The notes under the pieces: model-generated
Seen by the model: the letters and a program-made list of their open reading frames with translations, nothing else
Database searches by the model: none
Told to the model about the DNA's origin: nothing
In this document: positions 1 to 8,789 of the stretch, one piece after another
Layout: each line of letters begins with the position of its first letter
Position numbering within the stretch: the stretch's first letter is position 1
Translations under genes and position numbers: made by a program
IMG/VR virus record: IMGVR_UViG_3300047496_000092
Span: 1 to 64,000 of that record
Source: a virus
Direction: 5' to 3' (one strand)
Length of the DNA stretch: 64,000 nt

Positions 1-412
1 GATTTCCATTCGAGAACGGGTGAATCAGGAAGTCAACGTCGGGGATAGGTGGGAAACCGACCTTACCTGTGCTGTGATCAAGCATCGGCACCATGTGCGT
101 GTACGGCTCTGGCAACGTCGTCACCGTTAGCGGCCGACCATCAGCACCATACGGTGTCGCTAGCGACTGCTTCAGGTACGCATCGACTGGATGCATCGAC
201 CGCCCCATCTCCCCGAGAATGTAGCCCATGTCGAGCCGGAACACTTCAAGGTTCGACCGGCCGGGAAGAGCGCGCATCGTCAATGCGTTCTTCGGGCGCA
301 GCAGCACTTCGACTTCTTTGTTCTTGGTGTTGAGGAAGAACGCTCGGTTCTCTTTAGCCGCTTCGAGTGCGATCACTTGCGCGGCCCACATTGCCATGAG
401 CGCGTCACCCAT
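1..412 (-). CDS. hypothetical protein, truncated by the window edge (N-terminal ~137 aa visible)
   Basis: Hand translation of the minus strand from ATG at 412 (MGDALMAMWAAQVIALEAAKENRAFFLNTKNKEVEV...) stays open to position 1. It is absent from the ORF track because it has no stop in the window. It starts 14 nt after the upstream gene's stop (427-429). Confidence 0.5.
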   Translation of the reverse strand, partial: MGDALMAMWAAQVIALEAAKENRAFFLNTKNKEVEVLLRPKNALTMRALPGRSNLEVFRLDMGYILGEMGRSMHPVDAYLKQSLATPYGADGRPLTVTTLPEPYTHMVPMLDHSTGKVGFPPIPDVDFLIHPFSNGN

Positions 413-426
413 CGGCTGATCTGAAA

Positions 427-894
427 TTAGGACGAGGTAGGCATCCACATTCCACCACGCATCGTGAAGATCAGGAAGAGCGAAAAGACGAGGAGCACGA
501 TCAAAGCGAAAGCGAAGGTTAGACTGACGATCTCTTCCCAGTCGAAGCTAGATTCGCGTTGTCCCGGCCGCGCGTAGTACGCGAGCAGGTCTTTCTCGGG
601 GATGATCAGGTAGGTGTCGTTGTTGACCTTTACCATTGCGCCCGCGTACTTAGAGTACACGACTTCATCGCCGGGACCGACTTTACAGCGCTTGTCGGCA
701 AAGACGACAACGCCTTCCTGCGGTAGCTCTTTCTCGCTGTGCGCGAGCAAGATGCCGCTGCGAGTCCGCAGATCGTGCTTCTCGTCCATCTTGACGATCA
801 CGCGATAGTTCATGGGCCGGATGCGTTGAAAGCGCGCTTCGAGGTCAGCCTCTTCCTTCGCGCCGCCACGCATTTCGTCGTAGAGAATGTTCAC
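427..894 (-). CDS. GroES/Cpn10-like co-chaperonin with a C-terminal transmembrane helix
   Basis: The core IRPMNYRVIVKMDEK...SGILLAHSEKELPQEGVVVFAD...VGPGDEVVYSKYAGAMVKVNNDTYLIIPEKDLLAYY fits the Cpn10 pattern. The tail IVSLTFAFALIVLLVFSLFLIF is strongly hydrophobic. The GTG start overlaps the upstream stop (GTGA). Confidence 0.7.
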   Translation of the reverse strand: MNILYDEMRGGAKEEADLEARFQRIRPMNYRVIVKMDEKHDLRTRSGILLAHSEKELPQEGVVVFADKRCKVGPGDEVVYSKYAGAMVKVNNDTYLIIPEKDLLAYYARPGQRESSFDWEEIVSLTFAFALIVLLVFSLFLIFTMRGGMWMPTSS

Positions 895-1139
895 GTTGGT
901 ATGCCTTTGTGGACGAACTGTAGCTCGGAAGGCTTGTGCATCGTTTCGGTTCCGTTCGGCCAGCGGATTAGCATGATTGCCGTATCACCCGTCGGCTCGC
1001 TCCATGTTGCACAAATACACTCACCAACGTCGCCGCCACTATGCAGCCGAAATAGTTCACCAGGAGAACAGCATACGTTAATGCCGTCCTGAAAGTAGCC
1101 TGGATGCGAGTGTACCCCCTTCACTTCTTCTCTACCCAT
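891..1139 (-). CDS. hypothetical protein
   Basis: An 82-aa ORF that tightly fills the gap between neighbours. Its stop overlaps the downstream GTG start. Confidence 0.5.
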   Translation of the reverse strand: MGREEVKGVHSHPGYFQDGINVCCSPGELFRLHSGGDVGECICATWSEPTGDTAIMLIRWPNGTETMHKPSELQFVHKGIPT

Positions 1140-1552
1140 TCGACGGTCGGATAGATCGGCTGCGCACCTTCGAGACAGTCCCGCAGCGCTTCGGCCGAGA
1201 ACTTCTTTTCTTCGATCAGCGCAGCGACCTTATCTTCATCGGGAACGACTTTGGAGGCGCGCACGAACAACCCAGCCTCTTCAAGTTTCGCTTTCAGCAT
1301 ATCCGGGTTGATCTTGCGCCGGTCCTGGATGATGCGCTTGACGGTGTAGTAGCCCTTCACCCCGTTCCGCGTAGCGTAGAGCCGTTCTTCGGTCTGACCG
1401 CTCGGAACGATGGCGAGCATGCGTGGCTTCATCGACTCTAGTCGTGCGTCGATGCCCTTCGCGTCCTGCTTTAGCGCGTACCACTCTTCAGTGTCTGCGA
1501 GCGGCGTACTAACTGGGACCGGCGCTGATTTTGCGGTGGCTTTAGGCGGCAC
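1121..1552 (-). CDS. hypothetical protein
   Basis: Track ORF 1121..1756 trimmed to the in-frame GTG at 1552, preceded by GGGGAAAG. The upstream part of the ORF overlaps the HTH gene. Confidence 0.5.
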   Translation of the reverse strand: MPPKATAKSAPVPVSTPLADTEEWYALKQDAKGIDARLESMKPRMLAIVPSGQTEERLYATRNGVKGYYTVKRIIQDRRKINPDMLKAKLEEAGLFVRASKVVPDEDKVAALIEEKKFSAEALRDCLEGAQPIYPTVEWVEKK

Positions 1553-1814
1553 TTTTCTTTCCCCGTTTCTTGACGACTTGGCGGCGCAGGCGTGAGATCG
1601 TACCCGGCTGCACGGTGCGGAAGAAGTCGCGCAACTGACGCGCTTCCATGTAAGTGAACATGCGAATCTTGCGTTTCGGAGTGCCAGTCGTGTTGATCGG
1701 GTCGGCGAGCAGTCCTTGGCTATAGTAGAACCGCAAACACTGATAGCCGCGACCACAGTAGTCCGCGACCTGTTCGAGCGTGTACAGTTTGTTCGGAGAC
1801 AGTTCTTTACTCAC
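1542..1814 (-). CDS. small helix-turn-helix DNA-binding protein (MerR/excisionase-like)
   Basis: LYTLEQVADYCGRGYQCLRFYYSQGLL is HTH-like and the C-terminus is basic. The stop of the SNF2 gene overlaps its start. Confidence 0.5.
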   Translation of the reverse strand: MSKELSPNKLYTLEQVADYCGRGYQCLRFYYSQGLLADPINTTGTPKRKIRMFTYMEARQLRDFFRTVQPGTISRLRRQVVKKRGKKSAA

Positions 1815-3370
1815 TTCGTTGCCACCACCACAGCATCAGCCGTCGCCGTCTTACTAGCGAGGGCTCGTTGCACACCCCATTCAACAGTGTGCCGGAACCC
1901 GTCCTTCTCGTTCGGGTCGGGGATGACGGCGTACAGCGAGTAGATGTAGATGGAGTCGGCCATCTGCCCAATGCGCGCGAGCCGGTCGATGGCCTGCTCA
2001 ACGAGCTTCGGGTTCCACGGCCGGTCAACGAGGACAACGACGGACCCGGCAGTCAGTGTCAAGCCGACGCCAGCGGTCTGAATTGTTGCGATCATGGCGC
2101 GACACGTCGGGTCGTTCTGAAACTTGTCCACCATCTTCTGCCGGTCGCTCTTCTCCCCCGGCTTCGCATTGGGCGACATCCCGCCGTAGACGTACGCAAT
2201 GTTGTACTGCTTGAGCCCTCGGTACAGCATCCGTAGCGTGTCTATCCACTGGGTGAAGATCAGAACCTTGCGTCCTTGTGCTTGCATCTCTTCCATGATT
2301 TCCACTACGTCGTTGACCTTGCTCTGGATAGACGACGTTGCTTGCTGCATGCGCATCAGCAGCACGTCGCCGCCAGCTTTGTTTGTAAGCGCTTTCGCGT
2401 GTGCGTGGTCGAGTTCTTTGTACGCGCGCACTTCTGACGGCGACATGTGAACGTAGCGCCGCGAGAAGATTTTCTCGGGCAACTCTTCAAGCACGTCTTC
2501 CTTCAGTCTGCGCAGCATGTAGCGTTCGAGAATCTTACGCAGACGCAACAGTCCGTGCGGTAGCTCTTCGCTGACTTTGTTGCGCACTTGCGTCTTCGTC
2601 ACGCGCTTCTGCTTGATGACGAGTGTGTCGCGCGCAAATTCAGGCCACGTTCGCCGGTCTGCACCGAGCCAGTACAGCGGGTTCCACAGATCAGCGGCGG
2701 AATTCATAACCGGCGTTCCGGTCAGACCGTGCTGTATCTCTGGTTTCAAGTAGTGGATGACTTGCGCGATCTGCGACTGATCGTTGTTGAGCGGGGACGA
2801 GCGAATCTCTTGCATCTCATCCAGCACCGCCCAATCGAATGGAATCCGCGTCAGCGTATCCCAGTCGCTGCGGTACGTCGAATACGAGACGACGAAGAAC
2901 GTCGGGGTTTCCATGTATTCGATGCTAGCGAACCAGTCTTCCGCACGAACGCGGCGATCAGAACCACGATAGGCATGCACCGGCACGTCCGGCCCGCACC
3001 ACTTCGGAATCTCTTCGAGCCAGGTGTCGATGTTGGACGCCTTGCACACGATGATGACGTTCGTGGACTGGTCTTTTACGAACCGGCGGGGCCAACGGTG
3101 CATGACCGCATCGCACAGCATCTTGCACTTGCCAAGGCCCATGTCGTCGCCCAGGATGGCCTTGTCGTTTTCGATCAGGAAGGTCGAGCCGGATGCCTGG
3201 AAGTCGTGGTCCTTGATGCCCCGCGTCTGCGCGTAGGTCGGCCGGAACGGGGCAAAACCTTCGGCTATGCGGCGATACGGCTCTTGGGTGGACTGGAGTG
3301 CCAGCAGCGACTTTAACTGCGATGTACTGTCTGCACTGACAGCAGATCGGAGGCGCGCGGTCATTCTCAT
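1811..3370 (-). CDS. SNF2/RAD54-family helicase
   Basis: DDMGLGKC (motif I), LDEMQE (motif II) and LTGTPVMN (motif III). The C-terminal lobe reads VLIFTQW...GGMS...QTAGVGLTLTAGSVVVLVDRPWNP...QAIDRLARIGQ. Confidence 0.9.
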   Translation of the reverse strand: MRMTARLRSAVSADSTSQLKSLLALQSTQEPYRRIAEGFAPFRPTYAQTRGIKDHDFQASGSTFLIENDKAILGDDMGLGKCKMLCDAVMHRWPRRFVKDQSTNVIIVCKASNIDTWLEEIPKWCGPDVPVHAYRGSDRRVRAEDWFASIEYMETPTFFVVSYSTYRSDWDTLTRIPFDWAVLDEMQEIRSSPLNNDQSQIAQVIHYLKPEIQHGLTGTPVMNSAADLWNPLYWLGADRRTWPEFARDTLVIKQKRVTKTQVRNKVSEELPHGLLRLRKILERYMLRRLKEDVLEELPEKIFSRRYVHMSPSEVRAYKELDHAHAKALTNKAGGDVLLMRMQQATSSIQSKVNDVVEIMEEMQAQGRKVLIFTQWIDTLRMLYRGLKQYNIAYVYGGMSPNAKPGEKSDRQKMVDKFQNDPTCRAMIATIQTAGVGLTLTAGSVVVLVDRPWNPKLVEQAIDRLARIGQMADSIYIYSLYAVIPDPNEKDGFRHTVEWGVQRALASKTATADAVVVATK

Positions 3371-3425
3371 GGAGTGTTAGTGTACCACACGGATACATTA
3401 CGCACAACAACCAAGCCCGCTTGCC

Positions 3426-3710
3426 CTACCTGTTGGCCTCGGCCTGCTTCCTGAACAGTTCCTTCATCTCGGCCCGGTAGTCGATGATCTCCTGATGCGC
3501 CAGCTTCTGAGCTTCATCGAACGCCTCTACGACGATGCTGCGCGCACGTTCGAGATTCGCCTTCGTGATTTCGATGTTGTCGAGCGAATCGAATTCGACG
3601 GTGACGCTCGCCTTCGGCTTGATGTTCGCGTACTTGTGCTTCTCGTTGCCCGAAAGTGTGTCGAGTGGAATCGTGTTCTCGACACTGAAGGTAATAGATC
3701 GGAATCTCAT
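3426..3710 (-). CDS. hypothetical protein
   Basis: A 94-aa ORF. Its start overlaps the upstream stop (ATGA-type packing). Confidence 0.5.
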   Translation of the reverse strand: MRFRSITFSVENTIPLDTLSGNEKHKYANIKPKASVTVEFDSLDNIEITKANLERARSIVVEAFDEAQKLAHQEIIDYRAEMKELFRKQAEANR

Positions 3711-4036
3711 GGCGTATGGGTTCCTTCGACTGCGCGAGCCTCGCGCTTTATTGTACGCGCATGCAGCGCACGTAGCGCATCGTCTAAATAGATGATGGCG
3801 GTGGCGTTTTCAATACACTCAAACTTGCCGTTGTTGGCGATCTGGTAGAACTCAAGTCGTTGCTTCGCTGCAGCGATGACCGTTTCAACGAACGCACCGT
3901 TCGGTTCTTTGCGATCACCGTCGCGCCCGAGCGGACCAGACTGCCATGTTATTTCTAAACCAACACCGGAGACAGTACCGCCGGTCGGATTGCCGTTGTC
4001 GTCTACTGTGTTCGATGCGTCGAATTCGCCGAGCAT
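3707..4036 (-). CDS. Acb2/Tad1-hairpin-domain-like protein (candidate cyclic-nucleotide sponge)
   Basis: Internal ATG at 4036 of track ORF 3707..4198. GLEITWQSGPL...NGAFVETVIAAAKQRLEFYQ...FECIENATAIIYLDDALRALHARTIKREARAVEGT fits my recollection of the phage family pattern: F/WQxGP, NG, RLxF/YQ, CxEN, RxxRxxRxVEGT. Confidence 0.45.
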   Translation of the reverse strand: MLGEFDASNTVDDNGNPTGGTVSGVGLEITWQSGPLGRDGDRKEPNGAFVETVIAAAKQRLEFYQIANNGKFECIENATAIIYLDDALRALHARTIKREARAVEGTHTP

Positions 4037-4061
4037 TTTGAACTCTCTTTCGTCGGGGGAC

Positions 4062-4090
4062 TTGAAAGTGAAGGTGCCCCGGCCTATACT
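4062..4090 (+). promoter_or_regulatory. sigma70-like promoter for the replication operon
   Basis: TTGAAA (4062-4067), 17 nt, TATACT (4085-4090), in the divergent intergenic region. A stem-loop GACCCCGGCAG/CTGCCGAGGTC follows at about 4128-4158. Confidence 0.4.
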
Positions 4091-4196
4091 GTCAGAACCG
4101 TACAGACCCCTGGTCAAAAACAAACGAAGACCCCGGCAGCCGTACTCTGCCGAGGTCTGGAAGATGCAACGTCTCTTGCGAAGGGAGCTTTGCTGC

Positions 4197-5180
4197 ATGC
4201 AAAGTGTAGACTATCAGCCTCAGAGCGTCAACCCCCGTACACTAAAACGTACACCAGTCGTGATCGTCCCGCATGCATGGTTTCGACTGCGCGGCAATGA
4301 GTACCTGATTCTCACACTCTTGGCGTCTTATGGACCCGAGAGTGTTTTCGTGTCTGCGCAGACAGTTTCCATGATCACTGGGATGGCCGAGACGCACGTC
4401 TACGCCGCGATCAGAGCGCTCATCAAGCGCGGTTTCGTGAAGCGCGGGGCGCTGAAAAATGGCCGGTCCACCTACGCTGTAGTGACAGAATCCGTCAGTC
4501 CGACTGACGAAATCCGTCAGTCCGTAGTGACGAAATCCGTCAGTCCCTTAAAGGAACGTGACCAGACCAGTAGATCAGACCATAGAACAGATATGGCCGA
4601 CTCTGCGGAGCCGGTACACACCACCCTAGCCCAGTGCGACCAACCACTGGGGGGAGAACGAGAAATGGCGCGCATCGTCCGCGGTTCCGTTAAGCTAGGA
4701 GGCGAGCAGGCAGACCGACCAGTCCGCACCCCGCGTCCGAAGTCGCCGCTCGAACAGAGCGTAGACCGGCTGATCGCCTACGCCGGACAGAAGACGTTCA
4801 TGCCGCTGATCTACGACGAGTCGCATCGTCGGGTGTGGCGCAAGCTGCTCGCTTCTGAAAACGGCAAAGAGAACGCCGTGCAGCGCATCATCCTAGAAGC
4901 GAACGCGCGTCGCCGGGAACTGTTGACCGAGAAATACCCGGTGTGGTCGGTCCACACGATCTACTTCTACGCGACGTACAAGCGCGTCAAGGCAGAACCG
5001 CTTACCGAAGATCAGATCGTTCACGAACTTAGTTTCTTCGTCACGAACGGGAAAGTGTATGAGTCAGAACTTGCCCCCCTCAGAGAATTCGTTGCACTGC
5101 ATGATGTGTCTGAATCAACCTTGCGTCGAGCGCTCGGAGGGGACGTATTCGAGTCAGTGTATCCGCAAGGTCTACAGTGA
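4197..5180 (+). CDS. winged-helix DNA-binding protein, candidate replication initiator
   Basis: Track ORF 3876..5180 trimmed to ATG 4197. LILTLLASYGPESVFVSAQTVSMITGMAETHVYAAIRALIKRGFVKRG is wHTH-like. It lies directly upstream of the loader-like gene and DnaB, and it carries an internal iteron array. Confidence 0.55.
   Translation: MQSVDYQPQSVNPRTLKRTPVVIVPHAWFRLRGNEYLILTLLASYGPESVFVSAQTVSMITGMAETHVYAAIRALIKRGFVKRGALKNGRSTYAVVTESVSPTDEIRQSVVTKSVSPLKERDQTSRSDHRTDMADSAEPVHTTLAQCDQPLGGEREMARIVRGSVKLGGEQADRPVRTPRPKSPLEQSVDRLIAYAGQKTFMPLIYDESHRRVWRKLLASENGKENAVQRIILEANARRRELLTEKYPVWSVHTIYFYATYKRVKAEPLTEDQIVHELSFFVTNGKVYESELAPLREFVALHDVSESTLRRALGGDVFESVYPQGLQ
4482..4546. repeat. three direct 20-nt repeats (iteron-like), each containing a 5-bp inverted repeat
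   Basis: GTGACAGAATCCGTCAGTCC (4482-4501), CTGACGAAATCCGTCAGTCC (4504-4523), GTGACGAAATCCGTCAGTCC (4527-4546). The period is 22-23 bp. Each unit holds TGACG-n5-CGTCA. Confidence 0.7.
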
Positions 5181-5202
5181 AGGCGCAGCATCGCGAGCAT
5201 CG

Positions 5203-5688
5203 TTGCCAGCGCGCTACCGCGACCCGTTTCCGTTCTCACGGAACATCGAAGAGCGGTGGCCTGCTGTACCGTGGCAGAACGATAGGGCATTCTTGAAATT
5301 CATCCGCGCGTTTCCGACGACGCTTATCCTTGGCGGTTCGCAGGACGAACGCGAACAGCTTGCCGCTGCGCTGCTGAAGTTCATGTTGCGCTTCAACTAC
5401 GAAGTGCCGCGCAACGACTACGCCTACTTCAGCGACGCCTACAAAGAGATGTTCGACTTGAAGGGACCAGATCGCTTTCAGTACATGGCCGACCTCACCA
5501 ACTTCAGCAACATGGTTCTGCTGGAAGTGCAGCATATCGACACGGAATTTATGAAGCCGTTTCGAATGTTGCTGTGGGCGCGCAAAGGGAAAACGACCAT
5601 CTTCACAGCCGACAATGCCGCAGCACTTCGAGCGTTCTCACCCGCAGTCCAAGAACTGCTCGCCAATCGGAACACGCTTCACTTGTGA
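5203..5688 (+). CDS. hypothetical protein, possibly a degenerate AAA-type helicase loader (start uncertain)
   Basis: Track ORF 5059..5688. There is no ATG after the upstream stop; the in-frame TTG at 5203 is proposed as the start. TLILGGSQDEREQLAAALL sits where a Walker A would be, but it is degenerate. The stop overlaps the DnaB GTG. Confidence 0.4.
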   Translation: MPARYRDPFPFSRNIEERWPAVPWQNDRAFLKFIRAFPTTLILGGSQDEREQLAAALLKFMLRFNYEVPRNDYAYFSDAYKEMFDLKGPDRFQYMADLTNFSNMVLLEVQHIDTEFMKPFRMLLWARKGKTTIFTADNAAALRAFSPAVQELLANRNTLHL

Positions 5689-7004
5689 TCGACCAAGAGA
5701 TTGCGGTCATTACCCGCATGGTGCAGTTGGGCAGCGTTCTGAAGTATGATCACCTGCTACGCCCCGAACTGTTCAACGTCACCAACCGCGAAATCTACAC
5801 CGGCTTGCGGCTGTACGAGCAGCAGTACGGCGTCTGCATGGACGAGCCGACGTTTCGCTTTCAGTTTCCAGACTTCGCGTGGTCGCCAAACGACGTGCAG
5901 GTTGAGTGGTTCGCCGACGAGCTAACGCAGAGCTACGTCGCAGCCAAGATGCGAACACTCATCGCCGACATCGACCTCGAAGGCAATCCGAAGCAGGCGG
6001 CGCGCACGTTAGAGCAAGCGCTGATCGACCTTTACCCGTATACCGGGGATGCAGTCGGAGCGCGTGTCAAGCTCCAAGAAAACATCCGCTCACGCATCCG
6101 CCGACTGTTCGAGAAGAAAGTCACCACGACCGGCATCAGCGGAATCACGACCGGCTTCGCCTGCATCGACAAGTACACTAACGGCACACAGCGCGAGGAG
6201 ATTGAGATATGGGCAGCGCGACCTGGAAATACGAAGTCACTGACGCTACTCTATGGAGCGTACATGGCTTCGTTACAAGGGAAGCGCGTGTCATTTATAT
6301 CACCGGAGATGTCGGAGATGGAGCAGGGCATCAGACTCGACGCGATGATGCTGCACTTCCCGATGATGCTGCTGCAGTCGGGGAGAATGAGCGACGATGA
6401 TCGCGCCGACTACCTGGAGCGGGCTAACGAGATGCTAGCCCAGGAGCGCGTTGACATCGACTTCCGAGACACCATCGAACTACGTCGCAAGTTTACGACC
6501 GGCGACATGCACCGTATCATCGAATCGGACAAGCCGGACATTATTATGATCGACGGCCTGCTCCTCATTGAGCCGGTCAAGCAGACCAAGGACATTCGTT
6601 CGCGCGTGACGACCGTCATGGAGGAACTGAAGACGATAGCCTCTTCGACCGGCGTTCCGATTCGGCTGGCGCACCAGATTAACCGCGAGCCCGAGAAGCG
6701 TATGGTGAACACACGCGCGAAAGCTGGGACAACTAAGTCACCGCTCGACGGCATTCCGCGCTTGCACGAACTTGCCGAGGCGGGTGCGACCGAACAGTTT
6801 GCCAGTCGTGTGATCTGCATGCGTTACTTCGAGAGTCGAATCTACTACGCCATCCGCAAAAATCGCAACGGTCCCGAAGGGAAGTTTGTGCGCGTGGACG
6901 TTGACATTAACGTCGGCCGGTTCGACAACGAAGTGGAAGTGTTCGAGAACGACGACAACACGCACAGTGCAGACAGCGAAGTCGCAGACGAGTTTGGCTT
7001 CTGA
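5685..7004 (+). CDS. dnaB: DnaB-family replicative helicase
   Basis: Track ORF 5574..7004 trimmed to GTG 5685 (GTGA overlap). IWAARPGNTKSLTLLYGAY...RVSFISPEMS, IIMIDGLLLI and AHQINREPEKR match the DnaB C-terminal RecA-like domain. Confidence 0.85.
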   Translation: MIDQEIAVITRMVQLGSVLKYDHLLRPELFNVTNREIYTGLRLYEQQYGVCMDEPTFRFQFPDFAWSPNDVQVEWFADELTQSYVAAKMRTLIADIDLEGNPKQAARTLEQALIDLYPYTGDAVGARVKLQENIRSRIRRLFEKKVTTTGISGITTGFACIDKYTNGTQREEIEIWAARPGNTKSLTLLYGAYMASLQGKRVSFISPEMSEMEQGIRLDAMMLHFPMMLLQSGRMSDDDRADYLERANEMLAQERVDIDFRDTIELRRKFTTGDMHRIIESDKPDIIMIDGLLLIEPVKQTKDIRSRVTTVMEELKTIASSTGVPIRLAHQINREPEKRMVNTRAKAGTTKSPLDGIPRLHELAEAGATEQFASRVICMRYFESRIYYAIRKNRNGPEGKFVRVDVDINVGRFDNEVEVFENDDNTHSADSEVADEFGF

Positions 7005-8020
7005 TGCGTCTGCAACAAGAGACGGCTGAAACAACCGCCGACTACACCTACACGCAGACCGCACTTCGACATGCGCTGCGCGAACTTGAGATCGACTTCA
7101 AAGAGGGCCCGAAAGAGTTTGTCATGGACTGCCTCTTCGATGAGTCGTGCATCGGTCACAAGAAGTCGCTGTACATGCTGCATACGCCGCCGTTGAACAG
7201 CAAGCGCGTCAGCGGAACGTACCACTGTTTCAAGTGCAATGCGAAGGGTCTGTTCTACGGATTCGTGCAGCGCGTTACTGGCTGGTCCCCATTCAAGATC
7301 GGTACGTTTGTGCGCAAGTACCGCGCGACCGGCAGCGAGCCGCCGGAAGAACGCGAACCGCCGCGCGAAATGCCGAAAGAGGCGCTGGAGCAGTTTGCGT
7401 TCCGCCATCCGTACTGCTACGAGCGTGGGCTCAACGAAGACACGCTGCGCCGCTACCGCATCGGCTACGACCGCGAAGAGAACGACATCATCTTTCCGTG
7501 GTTTGATCGCGTCGGCAAGCTCGTTGTCATCAAGCGCCGCGCCGTGCTGACGAAGTACTACCGCTACGATGGCGAAGGGTTCTCATTGACGACGCTGCTG
7601 TTCGGTCTGCACCTCGTTCGTCAGCGCAGCATCGTGTGGATTTGCGAGGGTGAGTTTGACGCCATGTACCTCGCTCAAATCTTCCGCGAGTACCATCTTG
7701 ACGGCCACGGAGCGGTCGCCCTCGGAGGCAAATATCTTCACCTCCCGGCCCTGAAGGAACTGTTGAAAAAGGCTCCAAGTCTTATCGTCCTCGCCCTCGA
7801 CGGAGACGAGGATGGTCAAGCCGCTGCGCAAGTTATTGCCCGGCAGCTTGATGAGGTTGGTCTACCTCACTACCGCCTGACCTATCAGGCCGGAGCGAAA
7901 GACCCTAACGAATCCAAACCACAGCACATCATAGATGCGATCACCAACATAACTACACACCTTGACCGTCTCAATGCTTCGAGCGCAGCGCGCTACGAGG
8001 CATGGAAAGAACAACCATGA
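7004..8020 (+). CDS. dnaG: DNA primase (zinc finger + TOPRIM)
   Basis: YHCFKCNAKG is a CHC2-type zinc finger. The TOPRIM motifs are WICEGEFDAMYL and LALDGDEDGQ. Confidence 0.85.
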   Translation: MRLQQETAETTADYTYTQTALRHALRELEIDFKEGPKEFVMDCLFDESCIGHKKSLYMLHTPPLNSKRVSGTYHCFKCNAKGLFYGFVQRVTGWSPFKIGTFVRKYRATGSEPPEEREPPREMPKEALEQFAFRHPYCYERGLNEDTLRRYRIGYDREENDIIFPWFDRVGKLVVIKRRAVLTKYYRYDGEGFSLTTLLFGLHLVRQRSIVWICEGEFDAMYLAQIFREYHLDGHGAVALGGKYLHLPALKELLKKAPSLIVLALDGDEDGQAAAQVIARQLDEVGLPHYRLTYQAGAKDPNESKPQHIIDAITNITTHLDRLNASSAARYEAWKEQP

Positions 8021-8739
8021 GAGGCTTCGCTAAGGCGACCCACTTCAACGAAGAAAACTCTGGCCTGCCGTTCAGCCCGTTTCAGATCAAAGAGAACGGC
8101 CCCGGCGAAACGGTTCGCGTTCTCGCACTGCCAGCGTTCGACCCCGAACGCCCCGACTACCCGGTCATCCAAAGCATCGTCATGCATCGTGCGTGGAAGG
8201 TGCTGAATCCGACACGCTGCGCGTCAACCTACTTCAACGAAGAGGAAGGAATCACCGAGCAGACGACGGAGCCGGGTCCGAGCATGTGCCCGCTGTGCGC
8301 CGTCAAAGCGCCGCGAACGCTGCGCACCTACATTCCGGTGCTGCGGCGCAAGCGTCCCGACGAAACCGGCTACCAACCCAAAGTGCAGGTAGTCGAATAC
8401 GGACGCGAAGGCGTCAACGTCGTGATCGCGCAGATGGAAGAACTGCCGGGGAACGACTTGACGACCATCGACTTCAAAATCAAGCGTCAGGGCAAAGGCA
8501 AGGACACCAAGTATCCGTGGATTGCGGTGCAGGGAACGCACCGTCCGCTCAACGAGATGGAACTTGCAATGCTCGTTGACGTTCCCGACATCGACGCACT
8601 GCTGCCATGCAAAACGCCGGTCGAGATGCAGCGGCGCGCAGACGACTACGTTAAGGCAACCGAGAAGGTGTTAGCCATTGACGAAGGACGGCCGACCGCC
8701 GCTGCAGATGACCTAGACGACGACGAAATCCCATTCTGA
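8017..8739 (+). CDS. single-stranded DNA-binding protein candidate
   Basis: The C-terminus DDLDDDEIPF reproduces the bacterial SSB acidic tip (DDDIPF). CPLC suggests a zinc site. It sits between primase and polymerase. The ATG at 8017 forms an ATGA overlap (alternative ATG at 8002). Confidence 0.6.
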   Translation: MRGFAKATHFNEENSGLPFSPFQIKENGPGETVRVLALPAFDPERPDYPVIQSIVMHRAWKVLNPTRCASTYFNEEEGITEQTTEPGPSMCPLCAVKAPRTLRTYIPVLRRKRPDETGYQPKVQVVEYGREGVNVVIAQMEELPGNDLTTIDFKIKRQGKGKDTKYPWIAVQGTHRPLNEMELAMLVDVPDIDALLPCKTPVEMQRRADDYVKATEKVLAIDEGRPTAAADDLDDDEIPF

Positions 8740-8753
8740 TGTGAGGGAGGAGG

Positions 8754-8786
8754 AGCGGGCGACTGTAGCCCAGTCGCTCGCTTTTT
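8754..8786 (+). terminator. strong stem-loop plus T-run between the SSB and polA genes (terminator or attenuator, or an SD-bridging hairpin)
   Basis: AGCGGGCGACTG (8754-8765), loop TAGCC, CAGTCGCTCGCT (8771-8782): 12 bp with 1 mismatch, followed by TTTTT (8782-8786). Confidence 0.6.
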
Positions 8787-8789
8787 CAC

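Noticed and set aside
2588-3316. A 242-aa plus-strand ORF
   Set aside because: It is antisense to the SNF2 helicase gene, which has all its motifs.
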